A stretch of DNA of 44,220 nucleotides from the sequence record SRR31156797_13477; one strand, 5' to 3'. Position numbers and translations under genes: made by a program. This document shows, piece after piece, positions 8,322 through 18,581 of this stretch; position 1 is the first letter of the stretch; each line of letters begins with the position of its first letter. The notes under the pieces were generated by a model. That model was not told the origin of the DNA and did no database searches. It saw only the letters and a list, made by a program, of their open reading frames with translations.

Positions 8322-8849
8322 ATGGATGCCAATAAGTGGATTTACCAAGCCAGTGATGATAATCGGAGCAGATATGTTCTGGGAATCAAAAGTAATAGTC
8401 CACTTATTTGCTTTGGTATAAATCCCAGTACTGCAGCACCAGGGAATCTGGATAATACAGTAAAATCGGTTGAGCGGATAGCTTTTAATAATGGTTTTGA
8501 TAGTTGGATAATGTTAAACCTATATCCCCAGCGAGCGACACATCCGGAAAAGATTCATAAGAGAATGCAACATCACCTGCATCATGAAAATCTTAGGCGG
8601 GTTAAAAAACTCTTTTCCAACTATAGCTATCTAAACTTATGGGCAGCATGGGGTACTTTAATTGAATTTCGGCCATACTTTTATAACTGTTTATCTGAAA
8701 TCTTTGAAATAGCAGCATCTCACAATCATCAATGGTTAAAAGCAGGAGAATTAACTAGAGTTGGACACCCAAGGCATCCTTTATATTTGAAAGCTAATTC
8801 TAGTTTTGACACATTTGATATTGATGACTATTTCCGCAAGAAGAAATAG
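8322..8849 (+). CDS. DUF1643 domain protein
   Basis: RYVL, GINPSTA, DNTV, NLYPQRATHP, WAAWG, GHPRHPLY motifs. Confidence 0.85.
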   Translation: MDANKWIYQASDDNRSRYVLGIKSNSPLICFGINPSTAAPGNLDNTVKSVERIAFNNGFDSWIMLNLYPQRATHPEKIHKRMQHHLHHENLRRVKKLFSNYSYLNLWAAWGTLIEFRPYFYNCLSEIFEIAASHNHQWLKAGELTRVGHPRHPLYLKANSSFDTFDIDDYFRKKK

Positions 8850-9733
8850 CGTTTTCTAATGGAGCTATAATGGGGTAAAAATAATCCAGTCACAACTAAG
8901 GTCACTCCCATGATTGTTCTGTCAGTTAATTCATCACCAAGCATATACCATGCAAATAAGGCCGCAAAAACTGGTATTAAGTTGGTAAACATATTCGCTT
9001 TTACAATGCCAATTTTTGAAATACTATATACGAAAAATAGATAGGCCATTGCTGAAGCAACAACAGCTAACTTTATTAGCGGCCATAGATTTTTCATATT
9101 AAATTCCACTGTCAGAAAATTATCAAGGTCAAATGCTAAGAAGATCGGTAAAAACAAAATGGCTGCTATTGTATTTTGGTAGGTAATAATTGTAAATGGG
9201 TTATATTTTCCTGATAATCTCATAATAATAGCAGAGTAACCTAATGCGGCTAATACAGCCATAAACATAAACCCTACACCAATAGCAGGAGCTTTCCATA
9301 CAAAACCTACTTTTGTTACTACCATCACTACACCTAAAAATGATATAATAACTCCTAAAATATTGAGTAGTGTTATTCTATCTCCAAATATGATTTTTGC
9401 CATAAAAGGTGTAAGTAGAGGTATAACAGCAATAATTACAGCACCTTCGGTTGGTGAGACATAATGCATTCCATAGCTTTCACTGAAAAAATAAATAAAT
9501 GGCTCAAAGAAAGCTAAAGCCAAAAATGTAAGTCGATCCTTTTTATCAATAGGCTGGAGTTTCTTGATAATTTTTGTAAAAGCAAATAATAGAATAGAAG
9601 CAATTGCCAATCTTAAAAATACAGTTCCAATGGGTGTAAAAGTTTCATAAACCTCTTTGTACCACACAAAAGAAAGGCTCCAGCATAGCATTGCTATGAA
9701 AACGGTTATATAACCGGCTCTATTATTGCTCAT
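8828..9733 (-). CDS. DMT/EamA family transporter
   Basis: About 10 TM helices in two EamA repeats; WSLSF, FLRLAIAS, NLIPVFA. Confidence 0.9.
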   Translation of the reverse strand: MSNNRAGYITVFIAMLCWSLSFVWYKEVYETFTPIGTVFLRLAIASILLFAFTKIIKKLQPIDKKDRLTFLALAFFEPFIYFFSESYGMHYVSPTEGAVIIAVIPLLTPFMAKIIFGDRITLLNILGVIISFLGVVMVVTKVGFVWKAPAIGVGFMFMAVLAALGYSAIIMRLSGKYNPFTIITYQNTIAAILFLPIFLAFDLDNFLTVEFNMKNLWPLIKLAVVASAMAYLFFVYSISKIGIVKANMFTNLIPVFAALFAWYMLGDELTDRTIMGVTLVVTGLFLPHYSSIRKRYFFLRK

Positions 9734-9782
9734 AATTCGGGTAAATTTGCGGCAAAGAAACGATTTTTAATCGGAAGTACTA

Positions 9783-11672
9783 TTATTTAGCAATAATTTC
9801 TTTTACGCTTTGGGCAATGCCTTTTGCATCGAATCCACATAGCTTATATAATTCTTCAGGTGTGCCATGTTCAATAAATTGATCAGGGACACCCATTCTA
9901 ATAACTTTTGCTGCATAATTGTTATCTGCCATAAATTCTAATACTGCCGATCCCATTCCGCCTTTTATTGTTCCATCTTCAATCGTAATTATTTTATCGA
10001 AGTTTTGGAAGACTTCATGTAGTAGTTCTTCATCAATTGGCCTTAGGAACCGTAAATCGTAATGTGCGGGTTGAATATTATCAACAGCAAGTATTTTAAT
10101 GGCCTTTTGAACAAAATTACCGGGATGTCCAATGGATATTATAGCAACTTCTTCTCCGTCTGATATTTTCTGACCTTTCCCGATGGGTATTTCTTTAAAA
10201 GGATGCTTCCAGTTTACAATTACACCTCTACCTCTTGGGTAGCGAATAGAAAATGGATTTTCACGATGCTTATAAGCTGTATACATCAGGTTTCTGAGTT
10301 CTGTTTCATTCATTGGAGCAGAAACAATCATATTGGGTATATTGCGCATATAAGCCAAATCAAATACACCATGATGCGTTGCGCCGTCTTCACCGACCAA
10401 ACCGCCTCTATCCAAGCAAAATACTACAGGTAAATTCTGCAAAGCTACATCATGTACAATTTGATCATAGGCCCTTTGCATAAAAGTTGAATAAATATTG
10501 CAAAATGGTATTTTACCTTCTGCTGCTAAGCCAGCAGAAAATGTTACCGCATGTTGTTCTGCAATTCCCACATCAAAACTGCGATGAGGTATCTCCTTCA
10601 TCATCATATTGAGTGAGGATCCTGATGGCATAGCAGGAGTAATTCCAATAACTTGCTCATCTTGGCGGGCTAATTCCAGCAAGGTTACACCGAATGCATC
10701 TTGATATTTGAGTGGTTTCGGTGCTGTGCAAGAATCTTTTATTTTAAGACCTGTATTTTTGTCAAATTTACCGGGAGCATGCCATTCTGTGGCATTCATT
10801 TCAGCTTGTTTAAATCCTTTCCCTTTGGTAGTTACACAGTGCAGAAGCTTGGGTCCGGGTATATCTTTAAGATCGTTGAGCAAATTTACTAAATGTACTA
10901 CATCATGACCATCTACAGGTCCAAAATAACGGAACTTGATGGCTTCAAAAAAGTTGCTTTGTTTCATCAGCATTGACTTGATGCTGTTATCAACCTTTTG
11001 AATGATGCGCTGCGCTTTTGGGCCAAGGCGATTGAATTTTCCCAACATGTTCCAAACGTCATCTTTGAGTTTGTTATAAGGGCGCGATGTGGAAATGTCT
11101 GTCAGATATTCTTTAAAGGCACCTACGTTTGGATCAATGGCCATATTATTGTCATTGAGCACTACAAGTAGGTTTGACTTTTCTACTCCGGCGTTATTTA
11201 GTCCTTCTAAAGCCATTCCTCCTGTAAGTGCGCCATCTCCAATAACCGCAATCACATGCCGGTCTTTTTCATTGTTAAGCTGCGCAGATACTGCCATTCC
11301 AAGTGCAGCACTAATACTGGTTGAAGAATGGCCAACTCCAAAAGCATCATATTCACTTTCGCTGCGGTTTGGAAAACCAGCTAAACCACCGAGTTTTCGG
11401 TTGGTGTGAAAACGGTTTTTTCGACCGGTTAATATTTTATGTCCATAAGCCTGATGGCCAACATCCCAAATTAATCTATCGTAAGGTGTGTTGTAAACAT
11501 AGTGAAGTGCAACAGTAAGTTCAACTGCACCTAAGCTGGCGCCAAAGTGACCTGGGTTTGAGCTTACTTCGTCAATGATAAATTCCCTCAATTCATCAGC
11601 CAATTGGATGAGTTGTGGTTTTTCAAGCTTCTTCAAATCATCAGGATATTCAATTTTATCCAGTAACCCCAT
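9783..11672 (-). CDS. dxs: 1-deoxy-D-xylulose-5-phosphate synthase
   Basis: [40 protein letters not shown]...LNDN TPP motif, [16 protein letters not shown]. Confidence 0.98.
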   Translation of the reverse strand: MGLLDKIEYPDDLKKLEKPQLIQLADELREFIIDEVSSNPGHFGASLGAVELTVALHYVYNTPYDRLIWDVGHQAYGHKILTGRKNRFHTNRKLGGLAGFPNRSESEYDAFGVGHSSTSISAALGMAVSAQLNNEKDRHVIAVIGDGALTGGMALEGLNNAGVEKSNLLVVLNDNNMAIDPNVGAFKEYLTDISTSRPYNKLKDDVWNMLGKFNRLGPKAQRIIQKVDNSIKSMLMKQSNFFEAIKFRYFGPVDGHDVVHLVNLLNDLKDIPGPKLLHCVTTKGKGFKQAEMNATEWHAPGKFDKNTGLKIKDSCTAPKPLKYQDAFGVTLLELARQDEQVIGITPAMPSGSSLNMMMKEIPHRSFDVGIAEQHAVTFSAGLAAEGKIPFCNIYSTFMQRAYDQIVHDVALQNLPVVFCLDRGGLVGEDGATHHGVFDLAYMRNIPNMIVSAPMNETELRNLMYTAYKHRENPFSIRYPRGRGVIVNWKHPFKEIPIGKGQKISDGEEVAIISIGHPGNFVQKAIKILAVDNIQPAHYDLRFLRPIDEELLHEVFQNFDKIITIEDGTIKGGMGSAVLEFMADNNYAAKVIRMGVPDQFIEHGTPEELYKLCGFDAKGIAQSVKEIIAK

Positions 11673-11700
11673 GTCATTAACGTGTCAAATATTTAGCCTA

Positions 11701-11708
11701 CAAAGGTA
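11701..11708 (-). promoter_or_regulatory. Bacteroidota -7 promoter box for dxs
   Basis: TACCTTTG on the minus strand, about 30 nt upstream of the start. Confidence 0.55.
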
Positions 11709-11821
11709 AAAAAATATTTTGTTGGTTTTTTTGTAAACAGGCTTTGTTGCAAAACGTTTATTTGTATAGTTATAATCTTTAGAAAAGGTTAAAAGCGTTA
11801 AAAGCTGCAAAAAGTATTTAT

Positions 11822-11829
11822 TACATTTG
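11822..11829 (+). promoter_or_regulatory. Bacteroidota -7 promoter box for the radical SAM operon
   Basis: TACATTTG, 15 nt upstream of ATG 11845. Confidence 0.55.
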
Positions 11830-11844
11830 TGAAAATTTTATGAT

Positions 11845-12621
11845 ATGAGCACGTTTTTATTCGATGATATAGTTTTTGGTCCGGTTCAAAGTCGCAGATT
11901 AGGGGTTTCTTTGGGAATTAATCTTCTACCAACTAATTCAAAGGTTTGTACGTTTGATTGTATTTATTGCGAGTGTGGTTGGACCGATAAGGGAGATAAT
12001 GTAGGCATTTTACCAAAGAAGGATGAGGTAATTAATAAATTGGAATCTGTTTTGTCTGAGCGAAAGGAGCAAAACTTGCCAATTGATGCAATTACTTTTG
12101 CCGGGAATGGAGAACCGACAATGCATCCTGATTTTGTTCAAATTATTGAGCGAACTATAAAACTCAGACAGAAGTATTATCCAGAGGCTCGTATCTCTGT
12201 ATTAAGTAATGCTACGCTTATTCATCGACCAAAAATATTCCATGCATTACAAAATGTAGATGATAATATTTTGAAACTCGACAGTGGATTTGAAGATACT
12301 ATTCGTAAAATAAATTGTCCGTTAGGTAGTTTTGATCTTGATAAATTGGTTGAGGATTTGGAACAGTTTAAAGGTGATTTAACTATCCAAACCATGTTTA
12401 TTAGAGGAGTTTATGAAGGAGCTTCCGTTGATAATACAACAAAAGAAGAAATTTATCAATGGCTCAAAACGCTGCAAAGAATTCAACCAAAGAAATTAAT
12501 GGTTTACACCATAGCACGGGATACTGCAGCTGAGGGTATTGAAGCTGTGTCTAAGCAAGAATTAGAACAAATTGCAGAAAAAGCCCGTTTGCTTGGTATT
12601 GATGTAAAAGTTTCTGCATGA
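11845..12621 (+). CDS. Radical SAM protein (TYW1-like/COG0731-type, function unknown)
   Basis: FGPVQSRRLGVSLGIN, CTFDCIYC (CxxxCxxC), TFAGNGEPT. Confidence 0.9.
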   Translation: MSTFLFDDIVFGPVQSRRLGVSLGINLLPTNSKVCTFDCIYCECGWTDKGDNVGILPKKDEVINKLESVLSERKEQNLPIDAITFAGNGEPTMHPDFVQIIERTIKLRQKYYPEARISVLSNATLIHRPKIFHALQNVDDNILKLDSGFEDTIRKINCPLGSFDLDKLVEDLEQFKGDLTIQTMFIRGVYEGASVDNTTKEEIYQWLKTLQRIQPKKLMVYTIARDTAAEGIEAVSKQELEQIAEKARLLGIDVKVSA

Positions 12622-12647
12622 GAGCTTAACTATATAAATTATTGTTT

Positions 12648-12959
12648 ATGAGTGTTTTATTGGAGTTTGCAATATTTCCTACTGATAAGGGAATCAGCGT
12701 TAGTGAGTTTGTAAGCAAAGTAATTGAGATGATTAAAAACAGTGGTTTTTCATATAAACTAACCGCAATGGGAACCATCGTTGAGACACCTGATATGCAA
12801 TCAGCTACAGATATATTAAATAAGGCTCAGCAAGCACTTGAACCATATTCAGATAGAATTTACTGCTCTGCTAAATTTGACATTAAAAAAAGCGAAATGG
12901 GGCGCCTGGAACAAAAAATTCAATCAATTGAAAAGCATATAGGAGATGTGAATCACTGA
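12648..12959 (+). CDS. MTH1187/YqgV family thiamine-binding protein
   Basis: FAIFPTD..SVSEFV, YKLTAMGTIVE, LEQKIQSIE; ATG at 12648. Confidence 0.85.
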   Translation: MSVLLEFAIFPTDKGISVSEFVSKVIEMIKNSGFSYKLTAMGTIVETPDMQSATDILNKAQQALEPYSDRIYCSAKFDIKKSEMGRLEQKIQSIEKHIGDVNH

Positions 12960-13771
12960 TGCATAAATTCTATATAATACTGTTTTTTATATCATTACCC
13001 TTTACTATAAAGGCCCAATGTAAAGTTGATCAACAAGTTTTTCAAGATGGGGAACGGCTTACTTACAAAGCATATTACAACTGGAATTTTATATGGTTAG
13101 AGGCTGCAAATGTAGAATTTAAGGTTGAGAAGAAATTTCCGGAACCGGTTTACAAACTAACATCTCTTGGTATTAGCTTGCCAAAATATGATTGGTTTTA
13201 TAAGGTAAGAGACACATTTAGATCAGAAATAAACAGTGAAACCTTACTTCCTAATTTTTATCATAGAAATACTTTAGAAGGAAGTTATCGGGTGAATAAT
13301 AAATTCCGGTTTGATCATACCCAAAATAAAATATTTACAAACGTTCAAAACTCAGACTTTGGATCAGCAGTTGATACTTTTGACTTAAAACCCTGTACTT
13401 TTGATGTGTTATCAGCCATTTACTATACACGCTCTCTTGATTTTAGTAAACGTGAAATAGGAGAGAAAATACCTTTACGGTTTTTCATTGATAATGAGTA
13501 TTATGACCTCTATATTAGGTACCTTGGGAAGGAAGATATCGTTACGCGTGAAGATAAAAAGTACAGCTGTATAAAATTTAATATCTTATTGGTTGAGGGA
13601 ACGATATTCAAAGGTGGTGAGGATATGACTGTATGGGCTACTGATGATGAGAACCATATACCTATTTTGGTAGAAGCAAAAATATTAATAGGCTCTGTAA
13701 AGGCTTTCTTAATTGATTATAAGGGTTTAAAATACCCAATGAATTCTTATTTGGGAGTGGTTGAAGATTAA
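12959..13771 (+). CDS. DUF3108 domain exported protein
   Basis: Signal peptide; FQDGERLTY, YKVRDTF, FDVLSAIYY, VWATDDENHIP, IGSVKA; TGATG coupling. Confidence 0.8.
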   Translation: MHKFYIILFFISLPFTIKAQCKVDQQVFQDGERLTYKAYYNWNFIWLEAANVEFKVEKKFPEPVYKLTSLGISLPKYDWFYKVRDTFRSEINSETLLPNFYHRNTLEGSYRVNNKFRFDHTQNKIFTNVQNSDFGSAVDTFDLKPCTFDVLSAIYYTRSLDFSKREIGEKIPLRFFIDNEYYDLYIRYLGKEDIVTREDKKYSCIKFNILLVEGTIFKGGEDMTVWATDDENHIPILVEAKILIGSVKAFLIDYKGLKYPMNSYLGVVED

Positions 13772-13774
13772 CTC

Positions 13775-14185
13775 TTATTTAGGATTGTTTTTAACATATT
13801 CAACAGCTTCCATATCTCTTTTGATAATGTGTTGCTTAAACCATTCTTGCATATACTGTTGTAAATCAACGCATATTTCAGGTTGTTTTTCTTTTTCCAT
13901 TATTTTTCGAACATCGTTTATTTTATCGATGAACTCTTTGTGTTTGGCTTTATGCTCACCAAACCCGTCATATCCCTGGTAGCATATTTCTTCGTTAATG
14001 AGGTGATGCTCAGCATAGTGCATGAGGGCATATAGTATCTCAAGTAATTTTTGAGCACAAAAGTCTTTATTAATAATATCAACCAATTTATTATGTGTTT
14101 TGATAAAATGATGGTGCCCCTCGTCAATTTTATCAATACCTGTTAAAAATTCAGGTTGCCATTGTATGTAATCAATTTCACTCAT
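13775..14185 (-). CDS. Bacteriohemerythrin
   Basis: W...TGIDKIDEGH, HLINEE, HKAKH, HIIKRD: full di-iron ligand pattern. Confidence 0.9.
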   Translation of the reverse strand: MSEIDYIQWQPEFLTGIDKIDEGHHHFIKTHNKLVDIINKDFCAQKLLEILYALMHYAEHHLINEEICYQGYDGFGEHKAKHKEFIDKINDVRKIMEKEKQPEICVDLQQYMQEWFKQHIIKRDMEAVEYVKNNPK

Positions 14186-14379
14186 TATTTACGAATAATT
14201 GATGCAACACAAAGTTCAAGTAATTAAATTCAAATAAAATGATATTTCTCATAAAGATGTTGTTAAGAGCAGATTACTGATGCATTGAAAGCTTGTAACA
14301 ATCCTATTTAAGCACTTACTGATCAAAATTTCAATGTTGAAACCGTTTCTTTTATTAATTTTGTAATAAATAATCAGTG

Positions 14380-15312
14380 ATGTCAGATCTGAGTACCTAT
14401 ATACGAGATTTATTGTACTTGCACAATTGTGTCATAATACCTCAATTGGGAGGTTTTATTGCTAATTATAAATCTGCTGAAATTGATTATGGAAAACAGG
14501 TGATTTATCCTCCTTCCAAAACAGTTCTTTTTAATAATTCTCTCACGCAGGACGATGGATTGCTTATAAGCTTCATTGCGCATAATCAGAAAGTTAGCTA
14601 CAGAATTGCCAGCGAATGGCTTTCTGATCAGGTAAAAGATATCCAACACAATTTAAGAACCGAAGGTCTTGTAATTTTAAATGGTTTAGGAGCATTCTAT
14701 TTAGATGAAAATCAAAATTTTCAATTTCGAACTGACCTTGAAAAGAACCTTCTAGGAGATTCATATGGATTAACAACCATAAGACTTCCGGGAAGCATTC
14801 AGTTACATGGAACAAATAAATTGAAGACGGTTCCAATTTCACATAATCAGGGAGGTAATATGAGTAAAAAAACAATTTTAAGGGTAGCTGCAATACTTGG
14901 GCCTATTTTAATTATAGCAGCAATAATACCTTTTATCACTGATTATTTTAAAGGAAATGAGCAGCAAACCGCTGGAATTTCAGGGCCTGGTCCAGAGCAA
15001 ACAGAAATTAAAAAAGACACCTCAAAAGTTGATGAGTTAGCCACAAAGAAAAAGCAAGCTCTTTTTTATAGCGAAGAAGCTCAAACCTTCGAGTATCATA
15101 TCATTGCGGGTAGTTATTTGAAAAAAGAAAATGCACAGATATTGGCTGATAAACTGGACAAGGCGGGTAATGAAGCCTCAGTGGTTGAGCAAGACGGAAA
15201 GTTTAGAGTTTCTATTTATCAAAACACGGATCGATATGAAGCCCTTCAAAAGCTAGATTTTTTAAGAAAAACCACTGATGACTCTTATTGGATCTTAAAA
15301 GTTGAAAAATAA
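14380..15312 (+). CDS. HU-like (CCDC81-type) N-terminal domains, TM helix and SPOR domain protein
   Basis: LLYLHNCVIIPQLGGF, PPSK..FN..L..DDGLL, LNGLGAF; TM near aa 168-188; YHIIAGSY..KENA SPOR motif. Confidence 0.85.
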   Translation: MSDLSTYIRDLLYLHNCVIIPQLGGFIANYKSAEIDYGKQVIYPPSKTVLFNNSLTQDDGLLISFIAHNQKVSYRIASEWLSDQVKDIQHNLRTEGLVILNGLGAFYLDENQNFQFRTDLEKNLLGDSYGLTTIRLPGSIQLHGTNKLKTVPISHNQGGNMSKKTILRVAAILGPILIIAAIIPFITDYFKGNEQQTAGISGPGPEQTEIKKDTSKVDELATKKKQALFYSEEAQTFEYHIIAGSYLKKENAQILADKLDKAGNEASVVEQDGKFRVSIYQNTDRYEALQKLDFLRKTTDDSYWILKVEK

Positions 15313-15363
15313 AATCTATTATTTCTTCTTCATACAAATCATCATTTTCTAATAGATAGATGC

Positions 15364-15371
15364 TATCTTTG
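15364..15371 (+). promoter_or_regulatory. Bacteroidota -7 promoter box for dnaG
   Basis: TATCTTTG upstream of ATG 15419. Confidence 0.5.
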
Positions 15372-15418
15372 TATTCCTTCATACAAGGGCTTCATTTATT
15401 TATTGGTTGATTTGTAGA

Positions 15419-17368
15419 ATGATAGATAAACTTACCATAGATCGAATTTATAGTAGCATTGACATTATCGATGTTGTGGGTGATTATGTAAGTTTGAAAA
15501 GAAGAGGAGCCAATTTCCTTGGCTTGTGTCCATTCCATAACGAGAAAACACCTTCATTTACTGTTTCTGCCTCAAAAGGAATTTATAAATGTTTTGGATG
15601 TGGTAAAGGTGGTAATGCTGTAAATTTTATCATGGAGCAAGAGGGCATTAGTTATGTTGAAGCCTTGAAATCTCTTGCAAAGCGCTACAATATTGAGGTA
15701 GAAGAGAAGGAGCCAACTCAGGAAGACTTGCAAAAACGTGATGAACGCGAAAGTATGTTGATTTTGTCTCAACATGCTGCAGATTGGTTCAGTAAACAAC
15801 TCTTTAATACTGAGGAGGGCAAAAGAATTGGATTGAGTTACTTTAAAGAACGGGGTTTTACAGAGAATACCATTAAAAAATTTGGACTTGGATATAGCCC
15901 GGCAAGAAGAGATGCTTTAACAGAAGCAGCTTTAAAAAATGGATTTAAAATCGATTATTTAAGTAGCACTGGTTTAACAATTGTTAAAGAAGACCGAAAA
16001 TTTGATCGTTTTGCTGAGCGGGTTATCTTTCCAATACATAGTCTGAGTGGTCAGGTTATAGCATTTGGTGGCCGTACCATGCGTACAGAAACCAAAATGG
16101 CTAAGTATCTGAATTCACCAGAATCAGAGATTTATCATAAGAGTAAAGTTTTATATGGTATTTATCAAGCCAGAAAAGCGATTACACAGCAAGACACATG
16201 TATTTTAGTGGAAGGTTATACCGATGTAATTTCACTTAACCAGGCAGGAATTGAGTATGTTGTAGCTTCTTCAGGAACATCCCTTACACCTGATCAGGTT
16301 AAAATGATCAAACGCTTTACATCTAATCTGACGATATTATATGACGGTGATCCGGCCGGGATTAAAGCCTCGCTTCGTGGTATTGACATTGTGCTTGAGG
16401 AGGAGATGAACGTTAAAGTATGTTTACTGCCTGAAGGTGAAGATCCAGATAGTTTTGCAAAGTCAAATGGAGCTCAGGCAGTGACAGATTATATTCAGGA
16501 AAATGCAGTTGATTTCATTCGGTTCAAAACAAATATCCTGCTTAAGGATGCTGGAAATGACCCAATAAAAAAAGGATCGGTTGTGAATGACATTGTTGGT
16601 TCAATAGCAATTATTCCAGATGGAATCATGCGATCTATTTATTTGAAAGATACTGCAGCATTGATGGATATGGATGAAAAAGTACTATATACTGAAGTAA
16701 ATAAAGTACGTAGACGCCGTTTTTATAAAAATGCTGAAAATAGAAAGCTACAAGAAGATAAGTCAAGTTCAACTCCTGGGATAAAAGAAGTTGTAAAACC
16801 TAAACTAGAATCTGTAGTGTATCAGGCTGAAAGAGAGTTGCTTTGGTTGCTGCTACAACATGGAGATTCCGAGCTTTATTTTGAAGCCGAAGATGAAAAA
16901 GATGAAAGTGTTCAGGAAACAGTTTCTGTAGCAAACTTTGTACTTGATGAGATTAATACTGAAGGATTAACATTTCTTCATCCTGTATTAAGAAAAGTGT
17001 TTGACGAAATGTTGATTTTTCAAATTAGGGGAATTCAAATTGAAGAAAAATACTTCTTAAATCATGAGGATCCGGAGGTTGTGAATGCTATTGTGGATAT
17101 AACCAGTAAAAATTTTCCTTTGAGTAAGTTTTGGGAATCCATGGCTAAATCAAAAGAAGTAGGTCCAGACCTTACAGAGATTTCTGAGAAACTATTAAAT
17201 CAATTTAAAGCCTATCGCATTCAAAAAATGATTATGGATTTGAATGAGCAAAAAAGATCTGAATCCATTACTGAAGAAGAGGTCAAGCAAATTAATATTC
17301 GTATTATGGAGCTCAACAATATTCGGAGAAAAATGCCTTCAATTAACGACCAAAGAACTTTTTATTAG
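15419..17368 (+). CDS. dnaG: DNA primase
   Basis: CHC2 zinc finger CPFHNEKTPSF...CFGC; KYLNSPES; TOPRIM VEGYTDV and YDGDPAG; DPD. Confidence 0.98.
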   Translation: MIDKLTIDRIYSSIDIIDVVGDYVSLKRRGANFLGLCPFHNEKTPSFTVSASKGIYKCFGCGKGGNAVNFIMEQEGISYVEALKSLAKRYNIEVEEKEPTQEDLQKRDERESMLILSQHAADWFSKQLFNTEEGKRIGLSYFKERGFTENTIKKFGLGYSPARRDALTEAALKNGFKIDYLSSTGLTIVKEDRKFDRFAERVIFPIHSLSGQVIAFGGRTMRTETKMAKYLNSPESEIYHKSKVLYGIYQARKAITQQDTCILVEGYTDVISLNQAGIEYVVASSGTSLTPDQVKMIKRFTSNLTILYDGDPAGIKASLRGIDIVLEEEMNVKVCLLPEGEDPDSFAKSNGAQAVTDYIQENAVDFIRFKTNILLKDAGNDPIKKGSVVNDIVGSIAIIPDGIMRSIYLKDTAALMDMDEKVLYTEVNKVRRRRFYKNAENRKLQEDKSSSTPGIKEVVKPKLESVVYQAERELLWLLLQHGDSELYFEAEDEKDESVQETVSVANFVLDEINTEGLTFLHPVLRKVFDEMLIFQIRGIQIEEKYFLNHEDPEVVNAIVDITSKNFPLSKFWESMAKSKEVGPDLTEISEKLLNQFKAYRIQKMIMDLNEQKRSESITEEEVKQINIRIMELNNIRRKMPSINDQRTFY

Positions 17369-17374
17369 TCGACC

Positions 17375-18421
17375 CTATTTCTTTTCAACTTTATCTTTTA
17401 GTTTAACTTCATCCAGATATAAAATATTCAGGGCGCTATATGTCAAATTTTCGATATTTCCTCTTTTAATTAAATAGATGTTTGATTCTTCAAGCCCTTT
17501 AGCTTGTTTGAGTACCAAATCTGGAAATTTCTTTTCAAAAAGCTCAATGTTATCTTCTACAAATGCTTTGATATGCTTTTGTTCCATACTTAAAAGCAAA
17601 TCCGCTTGGTGATCACGCATCATTCTTAAGCTTTTTGCTGGTGTAGCCTCAAAAACAAATGTTATTTTATCCAGGAATGGTAATTTATTTCCTTTAGCAT
17701 CTTTGTGGTAGTATTTGTTGTTTTTTGATAGCTCAATTGTTTGAGATGCCTGATTAATATTATCAATTTTAAAAGCACCACTTCCTACAATGCAGTTTTC
17801 GCCATATTTCTCAATACCTTCATGTGGTAAAATCATTAAGTCCGGAGTTACCAAACTTTTAATAAAACTAGGATTAGTTGCTGTCAAATGAATCTCAAAT
17901 GTAAGTGAGTCTATAACTTTAATTCCTTCTAATCTTCCAGGTTTAAATGTGAGGCTGTCACACGAATTAAAATATGCTTCACCACCCACGATGTGTTTTA
18001 ATAATCCGATACTTTTATTGTTTACTGCTCTATGCCAAAATGCATATTCAAATGAGAATTTTACATCATGGCTATTTACTAATCTGCCCTCATTATTATT
18101 AAAACAGGGATCATCATGGAAATAGACTTGATCATGAAGATGAAAAGTAATTTTATCATTGTTATTGTTTTCAACCCATCTGCTTACCAAAAGGCCAACA
18201 GGTTTCTCTTTTTCAATATCCCATGACATTAAACCATCATGAATTTGGGTAATGATGTGCGCTTGTTCAATTTGGGAAATGTTAGGTGGGAAAAGAGTTT
18301 CAGGGAAATTTGGTTCAACAATCGTTAGTGTTTGCTTTTTTTCAGTGTTATTCACTTCACTGGTGCAACTTAAGAGGAATGCAAACGTTAAAGTTAATAA
18401 TAGGTTAATATTTATTTTCAT
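17375..18421 (-). CDS. Short family-5 (peptide/nickel) ABC substrate-binding lipoprotein
   Basis: Lipobox LLSC; QIHDGL, VYFHDDPCF, DVKFSF, GIKVIDSLTFEIHL, VGSGAF, LPFLDKI; only 348 aa. Confidence 0.75.
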   Translation of the reverse strand: MKININLLLTLTFAFLLSCTSEVNNTEKKQTLTIVEPNFPETLFPPNISQIEQAHIITQIHDGLMSWDIEKEKPVGLLVSRWVENNNNDKITFHLHDQVYFHDDPCFNNNEGRLVNSHDVKFSFEYAFWHRAVNNKSIGLLKHIVGGEAYFNSCDSLTFKPGRLEGIKVIDSLTFEIHLTATNPSFIKSLVTPDLMILPHEGIEKYGENCIVGSGAFKIDNINQASQTIELSKNNKYYHKDAKGNKLPFLDKITFVFEATPAKSLRMMRDHQADLLLSMEQKHIKAFVEDNIELFEKKFPDLVLKQAKGLEESNIYLIKRGNIENLTYSALNILYLDEVKLKDKVEKK

Positions 18422-18581
18422 ATGTAGTTAGTTTGAAGTACCAATATTTATTAGAGTTATTATTTACCTGTATCAAATATAGTCAAATCTCAATACAATT
18501 AAAAGTTGATTCATAAGACTTTCGATGATTTTGATAAGTTAAATATTTAATTAAATTTGTAAAGGCTGTAACAATAAGGTT

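Noticed and set aside
14239-14252. FNR/CRP-like half-palindrome ATGATATTTCTCAT upstream of the hemerythrin gene
   Set aside because: Imperfect match in very AT-rich DNA; cannot be distinguished from chance.
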